A stretch of DNA of 64,000 nt, from positions 2,501 to 66,500 of the IMG/VR virus record IMGVR_UViG_3300035670_000179, one strand, 5' to 3'. Of the stretch, positions 28,106 to 38,300 are shown in pieces. The notes below the pieces were generated by a model that saw only the letters and a program-made list of their open reading frames with translations, was not told the origin of the DNA and made no database searches. The DNA is from a virus. The position numbers and the translations under genes were made by a program. Every line of letters starts with the position of its first letter. Position 1 is the first letter of the stretch.

Positions 28106-28431
28106 CAGGTAATCTCCATAATAGTTATGGCAGCATCAACACTATTTGTTGTATCGCTAACAACATTAATTACATCTGTTGCTTCCAATACAATCTTATT
28201 TCCACTCATAAATTCTAGAGATGAACCATAAGGAATTGGTGCATTCTTCAGTAAGCTTATATCATCTAAAGAAACTCTTGAAATTGATATTCCTACATTT
28301 ACATTAGAACTAGAAATATTAGCAAGAGTAATACCAATAACAACTGTTGTTGTTGCTGCCGGAACTGTATAGACAGCGGTTGTAACAATACCGATATTTG
28401 CTTTTGTTCTTAATTTAAAAGTATTTGCCAT
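28105..28431 (-). CDS. small structural adaptor-like protein (paralog of 40969-41316)
   Basis: VYTVP...AN...IP..SS....KIVLE.TD.I.V pattern. Confidence 0.75.
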   Translation of the reverse strand: MANTFKLRTKANIGIVTTAVYTVPAATTTVVIGITLANISSSNVNVGISISRVSLDDISLLKNAPIPYGSSLEFMSGNKIVLEATDVINVVSDTTNSVDAAITIMEIT

Positions 28432-28436
28432 TTATA

Positions 28437-29690
28437 TCATCCTAATGCGATTGCAAATGCTATTGCGTCATCAATAACACTAACACCATTAATTTGAACA
28501 TCTGTCAAACTATTTATATCTCCCGAAACAGTCATATCTCCTGTTGATGGATTAAATGTCAGTTTTGTGGAAGAAACATTTACTGATGTGACTGTTCCAG
28601 AAACTGCTTCATCAAATAAAATATATCTTGTTGCGTTGGTAGAAGTATCGTTTACAACCGTAAATCCACCATTATTATTTCCCTGAAGACCTTGAGAACC
28701 TTGTCTTCCTTGAGTGCCTTGATTTCCTTGTGTTCCTTGTAGACCTTGAGAACCTTGTGTTTGTCCTGGTATTCCTTGAGCACCCTGTCTACCTTGAGAA
28801 CCTTGAGTACCCTGAGAACCTTGGTCTCCTCTAATTCCCTGATTACTTAATCCTTGAGCACCTTGTCTTCCTTGAGAACCTTGAGTACCCTGAGAACCTT
28901 GGTCTCCTTTAATTCCCTGATTACTTAGTCCTTGAGTACCTTGAGTTCCTTGAGAACCTCCCGTACCCTGAGCCCCTTGTCTTCCTTGAGAACCTTGAGT
29001 TCCCTGTGAACCTTGTGAACCCTGATTTCCATCCCCACCAGAAAGACCTTGAGCACCTTGACTTCCCTGTGAACCTTGAGTTCCTTGTAAACCTTGTGAA
29101 CCATCTTGCCCAGAAACCCCCTGAAGACCCTGCAATCCTTGAGCACCTTGTCTACCTTGTGCCCCTTGTCTTCCTTGAGAACCTTGATTTCCTTGAGTGC
29201 CCTGTAGACCTTGAGTTCCTTGATTGCCTTGAGTTCCCTGAAGACCCTGAGCACCTTGGCGACCTTGTGCTCCCTGCCTACCTTGTGTTCCTTGAGTACC
29301 TTGGGAACCTTGAGCACCAGCACCTATTGCTGTCTCCCAAATAACTCCAGAACCAGTAGAAACAAGAATTGAACCTCCAGCACCTACACTATTATTAGTA
29401 TCTTTTAATCCACCAACGATTTTTATATAACTATCTACTTGACCTAAACTTATTGTTTTATTAGTAAGACCTCTTATTTCGCCGTCTTGTTCAAAAACAA
29501 TATCTACATTATTGATACCGTCACCTATAAAAATATCCCTATTTGTATCCCCAATAGTCAAATCTCCACCAGGATTGGCAATATTTAAATTTCCATTATC
29601 ATCTAACTGTATTGTAGCACTACTGATGCCAGTATTGCTTTGAAAATCTACTAGACCTGAGGCAGGCGTTATGATTACATCTTTTGGCAT
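28437..29690 (-). CDS. collagen-like (Gly-X-Gln) fibre protein
   Basis: About 210 aa of GXQ repeats; FNPSTG module; ends AIAFAIALG. Confidence 0.88.
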   Translation of the reverse strand: MPKDVIITPASGLVDFQSNTGISSATIQLDDNGNLNIANPGGDLTIGDTNRDIFIGDGINNVDIVFEQDGEIRGLTNKTISLGQVDSYIKIVGGLKDTNNSVGAGGSILVSTGSGVIWETAIGAGAQGSQGTQGTQGRQGAQGRQGAQGLQGTQGNQGTQGLQGTQGNQGSQGRQGAQGRQGAQGLQGLQGVSGQDGSQGLQGTQGSQGSQGAQGLSGGDGNQGSQGSQGTQGSQGRQGAQGTGGSQGTQGTQGLSNQGIKGDQGSQGTQGSQGRQGAQGLSNQGIRGDQGSQGTQGSQGRQGAQGIPGQTQGSQGLQGTQGNQGTQGRQGSQGLQGNNNGGFTVVNDTSTNATRYILFDEAVSGTVTSVNVSSTKLTFNPSTGDMTVSGDINSLTDVQINGVSVIDDAIAFAIALG

Positions 29691-32155
29691 TAGAAAACTC
29701 CTCCTCCTAGTCTAACTTTTTTCTCTGCAAGAGACGCTCCAACTGAAATTAACGCCTTATCTGATGGACTAGTATTAGCAACAGAAAATCTAGAAATAGT
29801 ATAAGGCTTATCAAGTAAAACAAGAATATCTTTCATCCAATAACCTTCAGATGAAGTAGCACTAGAAACATGAACTCCCACATTAATATATCTAGGAAAT
29901 GGTTTGGATGTAATAGTTATTTCTTTAGTTTCATAACTATTTGCTGCTGCAGCAGTAAAATCGACAAAATCAAATCCACCAGATAATAAAGAACTCCACT
30001 GCCCCCCAGAGTTTCCAAGTTGATTTGGACCAACACCAGAAATTGTAGACCGTGCCTCAAATCTTGGATAAGTTCCTGAAAAATTTGGAGCAAGTTTAAT
30101 TTGTGCTTTTGCTCTTACCGTTACATTTGATGGGACAAAAACACTCTCAAACCACCCACAACCATAATCTCCAGCATCGGCAGTATTATATACTCTCCAA
30201 GCATTTTCATTACTATCCCAAATTCTTTGAGACAAATAAGTTGCCTGATATATTGCATCATACTCCATATTGTGTTCTATACTATTAAACCAAGAAGTAT
30301 TTTTTCCCCTATCAATATGTCCAGAATGAAAACCAAATCTTATTTGACTATTTGTTTTATAATCATAATCTGTAATATAATTTAGTGTTGAATAAATTGT
30401 ATTAAGTGGAAGTCCATTTGAATCTGACTGAGGACCTCTCCTTGTTCCCGTTGCCTTTATTTTATACAAGTCAATAGATGTTGCCGTAACGCCATGATAA
30501 CAATATTCTGTAGAATCAGAAATATAATGATGTAATCCTAAACTTGCATCATAAGCAGCTTGCCACCTTCCTCCCCTAAAACATCTAGAAACATATACAT
30601 ATCCTATTTCACTCCACTCAGTACAACCTTCTAATCTTGGAGCCCAAGTATCACTTCCTATGGCAATACTGTTATATAAACACTGACCTTCACGATAATA
30701 TAATCCATAAGAACTATTAAATCTTCCTTGAACATGACAACATCTTAGTTGGTCATATCTACCACGAATCCAAAATCCACCCCAATCTCTGGTGGAATTT
30801 GAACCCGTCATAGTAACACCTTCATACCATGCTTGCTGCACTAATGCAGGAACAGTATTTGTTAGTGTTACTGATAAACTACTATTTGCTTTCCAATTTC
30901 CTTCACGAATATAAATTCCACCTTCTACTTGCCCAAAGGAACTTCCACAATATTTTAAATAAACATCTTTTAAAATGACTGCTCTAGAGTAATTTGTTCC
31001 TCCTGGTTCAATATAAAATCCATAATAATCAGTATTTGGAGTAACTGGTTCAATAACAACATCTCTTGTAAGTCTATTGACTAATGCACCTTCAACAACA
31101 TTATATCCAATCTGTCCTGTTAAAGTGATTATATTGCCATTAACTGATGAAATCGTATGCTTATATCTTGGTCCTGGTGTTTCATCTCCATATGCAGTAT
31201 AACCATAATCACTAGTTCCACCACATTCACTTCTTGCTTCAATCCAAATATCATCATTTGCGGCAAACATATTTGCATTTGCTACAGTAATAGTTGTTGA
31301 AGTTGAGGTTGAAGTTGTCGTTGTTACTGTCGCAACTTTTCTTACTTTTTCTCCAGAAATGTGGATTTTATCGGTTCCAGTTTCATAAACAGTTAATCCA
31401 TCAACAGTTCCAGTAACTGAACCAGAAAGAATTAAAGTATTATTGAGATAATTAATATCATTAATAGTATGAATATTACGATTTGCTCCTGTTCCAAATA
31501 TAATTTTTTGTCCCACTCTAAAGACTTTAGAGTTTGCTACAACTAATGAAGTTCCTGATGCGGATACTATTGTACTTTCTGGTCCTACAAATTGTCTGAA
31601 ATAGACAGTATTTCCTGATACATCATGAACCCAAAATCCTTCATCTCTTAATGTAGTTGCTCCAGCATTTCCTGCTTGTTCTGTTATATTATCGAAAACA
31701 GCAAACCATTCTCCAGCAGCAAAGTTAGTTGCAGATGTAAATGAAAAACTTGTAGAACCTTCATTTGCTCCTGCTGATAATGTAGTAGTAGGCATTCCAT
31801 CACTACCCTCCATTATTACTGATGCTCCAGTTTCTCCAACAGCATAAAAAATATGAGATGCCGATGCAACCCCTCTAAATTGTAAAGTATGTCCTGCTCT
31901 TGCGTGATAAGTTCCGTTAGTTCTTACTCTCAATCTACCATTCATTCTTAAAGTGGTAGAAGTACTCAATTGTGTTTGTAAAATTCCATAAACATCACTA
32001 TCATTAAATCCATTTGTAACTGGACTTGCAACATCATAAGTTACAGTATGTCCTGTTGCAATTATAAAATTATCACCATCTACTGGCGCAACTCCACCAA
32101 CCCAAGTTGCTCCTGCTGAAAAATTGCCTGATTGAGCTGATGTGATTACTGCCAT
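29690..32155 (-). CDS. large virion protein with G8-like N-terminal domain and probable beta-helix
   Basis: SAQSGNFS..ATW.GG.AP..GD...I..GHTVTYD; V.RLTRDVVI. Confidence 0.7.
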   Translation of the reverse strand: MAVITSAQSGNFSAGATWVGGVAPVDGDNFIIATGHTVTYDVASPVTNGFNDSDVYGILQTQLSTSTTLRMNGRLRVRTNGTYHARAGHTLQFRGVASASHIFYAVGETGASVIMEGSDGMPTTTLSAGANEGSTSFSFTSATNFAAGEWFAVFDNITEQAGNAGATTLRDEGFWVHDVSGNTVYFRQFVGPESTIVSASGTSLVVANSKVFRVGQKIIFGTGANRNIHTINDINYLNNTLILSGSVTGTVDGLTVYETGTDKIHISGEKVRKVATVTTTTSTSTSTTITVANANMFAANDDIWIEARSECGGTSDYGYTAYGDETPGPRYKHTISSVNGNIITLTGQIGYNVVEGALVNRLTRDVVIEPVTPNTDYYGFYIEPGGTNYSRAVILKDVYLKYCGSSFGQVEGGIYIREGNWKANSSLSVTLTNTVPALVQQAWYEGVTMTGSNSTRDWGGFWIRGRYDQLRCCHVQGRFNSSYGLYYREGQCLYNSIAIGSDTWAPRLEGCTEWSEIGYVYVSRCFRGGRWQAAYDASLGLHHYISDSTEYCYHGVTATSIDLYKIKATGTRRGPQSDSNGLPLNTIYSTLNYITDYDYKTNSQIRFGFHSGHIDRGKNTSWFNSIEHNMEYDAIYQATYLSQRIWDSNENAWRVYNTADAGDYGCGWFESVFVPSNVTVRAKAQIKLAPNFSGTYPRFEARSTISGVGPNQLGNSGGQWSSLLSGGFDFVDFTAAAANSYETKEITITSKPFPRYINVGVHVSSATSSEGYWMKDILVLLDKPYTISRFSVANTSPSDKALISVGASLAEKKVRLGGGVF

Positions 32156-32316
32156 TATGGTTCAAAATTAATATATGGATAATTGATTTCTGGTTCAGGT
32201 TTACTCACTTCAATTTCAATTATGCCATTCTCATCTTTTACATAATTTACAGAGCAATCACAATCATCTACTATTGCCTCAAGAGTATTTTTATTGATTT
32301 GAATTTTAATAATCAT
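32155..32316 (-). CDS. small hypothetical protein (53 aa, MIIKIQINKNTLE...)
   Basis: Read by hand; TAATG overlaps at both ends. Confidence 0.65.
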   Translation of the reverse strand: MIIKIQINKNTLEAIVDDCDCSVNYVKDENGIIEIEVSKPEPEINYPYINFEP

Positions 32317-35300
32317 TAGAATTCAACCTCTAGCTTTTCAACGTCTTTTCTTTCGGCAAATACTGTAAAGTAATAATCAAATTCTCCGCTTTCTTTAGAA
32401 AATACTTCTACTGTGTTATTTATTACTCTATACACTCTTGGAAGAACACTATTGCCAATAGGAGTAAGGCTGACAGTAATTGTATCTTCATCTACAAGTT
32501 TTGTCCAATAATCTGGAAGTTCAATTACAATATTTTGACTTCTTCCACGTAAGTATACGCCATTTTCAGGACCCTCAAGAGAACCATAACGAAGTTGTTT
32601 ATCTTTCCTAGTTGGGTGTTGAATAACGAAGGACTTAGTTGTTGCTGCGAAAGAACCAATAACATGAAGTTTATATTGAGGATTTGCTGTTCCTACCCCA
32701 ACATTTCCTCCAATTATTAAATCACTTGTAGAAGGATTGAAACTAAATGCGATAGGTGATGTTCTTATGCTTGGAGTTTGATTTCCAGTTCCAGCTACAA
32801 ATACTGGATAGAAAGTTGCGTTAGTTGTAACTGCAGAGGCATTTAGTACGTTAGATGGTCCTGCAGGTCCTTGTACACCTTGCGTAGCTTGACTTCCTTG
32901 AAGACCTTGAATACCTTGAGAACCCTGTCTTCCTTGGGAACCCTGAATACCTTGAGCCCCCTGTCTTCCTTGGGAACCCTGAATACCTTGAGCCCCCTGT
33001 CTTCCTTGAGAACCCTGAAGACCTTGATTTCCTTGTGTTCCTTGAAGACCTTGAGTTCCTTGAGAACCTTGAGCACCAGCACCAGTAGCAGTTTGCCAAA
33101 CTACGCCAGAACCAGTAGAAACAAGAATTGAACTTGCCGCACCAATTGAATTATTGCTATCATAAAGACCACCAGTTAATCTCAAATCTCCGCTTACGTG
33201 TGCTTTCGCAGTTGGATTTGTAGTTCCAATTCCTAAAGAACCACCATAAGAAACTACACTTACAGTTCCATTTGCATCAACATCAAATGATGGAATACCA
33301 GAAACATCATTTACACTAAAGATACTTCCACTTGTTAAATTATTTGTTACAGAGAATAATTGTCCGGCAGAACCCTCAAATGATAATGTGCCATTACTAA
33401 TATCATAAGGTACAATATCAATAGCGGTTCCTATTCCAAAGGCACCAGTTGATGGGTTAAATTGTAATTTATTTTGTGATATATGAATTGTTTTTGCAAT
33501 TCCAGAATTTGCTGACAATATACCAACAAACCAATTTTGATTTGTACTATTGTCTTCAATTATTGTTACTCCACCATCACTTGCACCCTGAAGACCTTGC
33601 AACCCTTGAGCCCCCTGTCTTCCTTGAGAACCTTGAAGACCTTGAGAACCCTGAATACCTTGATCCCCCTGTCTTCCTTGAGAACCCTGAAGTCCTTGAT
33701 TTCCTTGTGTTCCTTGGAGACCTTGAAGACCTTGAGCCCCCTGTCTTCCTTGAGAACCCTGAAGTCCTTGATTTCCTTGTGTTCCTTGTGTTCCTTGGAG
33801 ACCTTGAAGACCTTGAGCCCCCTGTCTTCCTTGAGAACCCTGAAGTCCTTGATTTCCTTGTGTTCCTTGGAGACCTTGAGAACCTTGAAGTCCTTGCCTT
33901 CCTTGAGAACCCTGAAGTCCTTGAGAACCTACGCCTTGATTCCCTTGAGAACCCTGAAGACCTTGATTTCCTTGTGTTCCTTGAAGACCTTGAGTTCCTT
34001 GAGCACCTTGAGAACCCTGAAGACCTTGAGAGCCTACACCTTGATTCCCTTGAGAACCTTGAAGTCCTTGCCTTCCTTGAGAACCCTGAAGTCCTTGATT
34101 TCCTTGTGTTCCTTGGAGACCTTGGAGACCTTGATTTCCTTGAGAACCTTGAAGACCTTGAGCCCCCTGTCTTCCTTGAGAACCCTGAAGTCCTTGATTT
34201 CCTTGTGTTCCTTGGAGACCTTGAAGACCTTGAAGACCTTGATTTCCTTGTGTTCCTTGGAGACCTTGTAGACCTTGATTTCCTTGAGAACCTTGAAGTC
34301 CTTGCCTTCCTTGAGAACCCTGAAGTCCTTGATTTCCTTGAGAACCTTGATTACCTTGTAGACCTTGAGAACCTTGATTACCTTGTAGACCTTGAGAACC
34401 TTGAAGTCCTTGCCTTCCTTGAGAACCCTGAAGACCTTGAATACCAACACCTTGATTGCCCTGAAGACCCTGAATACCAACACCTTGACTTCCCTGAATA
34501 CCTTGCAATCCTTGAGATCCTTGAAGTCCTTGCCTTCCTTGAGAACCCTGAAGACCCTGAGCACCTTGTATCCCTTGTAGTGCAACATCACGAATAAGAG
34601 CCCAAGAAACTCCAATTCCAGTTGAAATAAGAACAGAAGTGGTGGTTCCTACATTTCCATTTTGATCATAAAGAGCACCATCAAGAGATAAGTCACCATC
34701 AACATTTGTATCGCCACTTACATTAAGGTCTCCAATTACATTAGTAGAATTAATGCCTGATGGATTGATATCAATATCGCCAATTGTAGATGTTAGTTCA
34801 TTTCCAGTTAGAAGTAAGTTTCCAACTGTAATTGATGTTGGAGTAATTGTAGTTGTGTTTGTTCCGTCTGTTACATCTAAGTTAGAAAGACTTGAAATGT
34901 TAAATTCTTGTCCTCCGAATGAAACTAAACCATCTTCTTCATTTACATAGAAAGAATTACCAACTCTAAAGTCACCTCTCTGGTCAATAGAAACATAGAG
35001 AACTTTACCACCATTAATCTGAATAACTTCATCTTCTTGATTTACAAGAGAGTCATCTTGACTGAAATCTTTTCCAGAACCAATATGACCAAAGTTAAAT
35101 GCAAATAATCTTAAAGTACAACCAAGTCCATCAGCAGTAACACCAGTATTTCCAAATACTGCCGCAGAACCAATAGACCTCATTTCAGCACCAAATTGCT
35201 GATAATCTGCTAGAGTAATTTCATCGGCAGTTGCAATTTGAGTTCCAGAACTTACAAATCTAACATCTTGTACTTGAATTGTACTATCGTTAAAGATAAC

Positions 35301-38300
35301 ACTATTATTATCTCCATCACAGTGAAGAAGAATTTTAGTGTTTGCATCACTAGAGAATTGTGAAGTGGTTGGTGTAAAGGAACTAGAATATCTTGAGATA
35401 TTAGAAATTCTAATCTCGTCTAGATATCCATTCAAACTATCATCTGGTGCAGTTGCTCTACCACCAAACTCAACAGCATTTGTGTTATTAATATCATCAC
35501 TACTAGTTCCAGTTCCTTCAATTGAACCATCAAGGGTTAATTGTAGATTATTGCTACCATCTCTACGGAAAGCAGCGTGATACCAAGTATCAATTGCAAC
35601 AGTTGTAGTTCCAGTAACAGTTGTTAGACCACACTGACCGACAAGTTTATTGTTTGAATCAACTTGAAGGACTAAATCAACACCCTTTGAAATTAGATAA
35701 TGTGTTTCGCCTTGAGCATTAATTCTTACAAAAGTTTCAATTGTGAATGCACCAGTTCCAAAGTCAAAGTCTGCATTTTGTGGAGTTGATAGATAATCTC
35801 CAGTACCATCAAAGGATGCAGAACCAGTACCAAACTTTTGCTGTGCAGTAGAAACTCTTGCTCCACCATAAGCAATTACTGGTTTTCCTGACCTTGAAGT
35901 TGCAGTTTCAAAAGCACCTTCACCTTTTCCAACTAAGGTTACGGTTCCAGTACTGGAATCATAAGAACTTACAGTACCAAAACCAAGTGCCTCACGATAA
36001 GTTACATTTCCACTTGTGGTTCCAGAAACAGTATCAGTAATTCTAAAGGTATTGATACCAACAATATTATTGACGATGTAGAAACCATCAGTTCCACCAC
36101 CACTTGTAAAGTCGGCATAAACTCTGTCGCCCGTAGTTAAACCGTGACCGACCTTTGTAATATCAACAGTTGTTCCGCTTCTTGTATAAGTTCCTGAGTT
36201 GTCAGTTGAATCAAAGTAGTAAACTTGATTATTTGCTGAAGGATTAGTTCCTGTGATGGAAGCAACCTTAATTCTTGCTTTACCCGTGCTTCCTAATCCA
36301 ACATTACCAGCATAAGAATATATACCCTTGTCGGCAAAGTAAGTGAAGCAGTTAACCCACTCAGTTCTTGCTCCATTTGTCATTTCAAGAGCAATATTGT
36401 TTGGTGTAATGAAAGTACACTCATTAAACAACATCGCTGGTTCAAGAGTTGTTGGGTCAACTACGGAACCATCAATTAGAACACCTCTACCTGCCTTATA
36501 AGAAACTGGTGGATTGTGTGCAGTATCAAATCCATATGGGTCAGTTGAGGATGTAATGCTTCCTTTGTTGAGAACTGTTACTCGCTGCATATAAGGTGAG
36601 CGAGAAACAGTCTTCATTCCAGAAGCAAACTTAAATCCATAACCAGGCTCATAGAAGTTACCAATTGTGAGGTCTTCTACTGATGTTTCGCCATTTAATA
36701 CGAAACCATCATTTGTTTTTGTTGCCTCTGTTGGTTGAATAAAGGTTCCACGAATACTTGAACCTTTAACTTCTACTCCCTGAGGAATAACTAATGGGAA
36801 AGTCTCTGTGAATGTTCCAACTCCAATATAAACCTTATCATTTGAAGTTGCAACAGAAAGTGCCTTTTGAATGGTAAGGAATGGTTCATTTAATGAATCG
36901 CCAGGATTAGAATCACTACCTTCTACAGTAACATAATAAGTATTTCCTTGAGAAGCACGAATTCCTGTAAGGTTAGAACCATCTCCAAAATATGCAGTAG
37001 CAGTTACAACACCACTTACTAATACATCTCCTGTTACTGTAAGTTTTGATGTTGGAGAAGTAGTTCCTATTCCAACATATTCATTAGAACCATATGGGGC
37101 AAGTTGAATAGTTCCATCAGCATCAACATCAATACTTGGAATTCCAGATACATCATTTACGGAAAAAATAGAACCACTAGTTAAATTATTGGTAATTGAA
37201 AATATTTGACCAGCAGAAGCTTCAAATGATAATGTTCCGTTATTTAAAGTATCATAAGGAATGATATCAAATATAGTTCCAATACCTAAAGAACCCGTTG
37301 ATGGATTGAATTGAAGTTTATCTGAAGAAACGTATACTGTTTTAGCAATTCCAGATGTATTAGTTACAAATCCAACATATAGATTTGTGTTGGTTACTGA
37401 ATCATCAAGAATAGTTACTCCACCGTCGCTAGAACCTTGGAGACCTTGTAATCCCTGAGTACCTTGCAATCCTTGCAAGCCTTGATTTCCTTGAAGACCT
37501 TGGTTGCCTTGAGTTCCTTGAAGACCTTGAGCACCTTGAGAACCTTGAGTTCCTGTTCCTTGATTACCTTGAGTACCTTGTAAACCTTGAGTACCTTGAG
37601 CGCCTTGAGCGCCTTGAGCACCTTGAGGTCCTTGTGACCCTTGAAGTCCTTGAGAACCCTGTCTTCCTTGTAATCCTTGAGAACCCTGAAGACCTTGATT
37701 TCCTTGAAGACCCTGTAAACCTTGAGTTCCTTGATTACCTTGATTTCCTTGAAGACCTTGATTTCCTTGAAGACCCTGTAAACCTTGAATACCTTGAAGT
37801 CCTTGAGAACCCTGTCTTCCTTGTAATCCTTGAGAACCCTGAAGACCTTGATTTCCTTGAAGACCCTGTAAACCTTGAGTTCCTTGATTACCTTGATTTC
37901 CTTGAAGACCTTGATTTCCTTGAAGACCCTGTAAACCTTGAAGACCTTGATTTCCTTGAGTACCCTGAAGACCTTGAGTTCCTTGTGTTCCTTGAACACC
38001 TTGAGAACCCTGAAGACCTTGATTTCCTTGAAGACCCTGTAAACCTTGAGTTCCTTGTGTTCCTTGAACACCTTGAGAACCCTGAATGCCCTGAGAACCT
38101 TGAAGACCTTGAGTCCCTTGAGTTCCTTGTGCTCCTTGTGTTCCTTGAACACCTTGAGAACCCTGATTGCCCTGAACACCTTGAGACCCTTGAATTCCTT
38201 GTGTTCCTTGTGTTCCTTGAACACCTTGAGAACCCTGATTGCCCTGAACACCTTGAGACCCTTGAATTCCTTGAGTTCCCTGATTTCCTTGAAGACCTTG

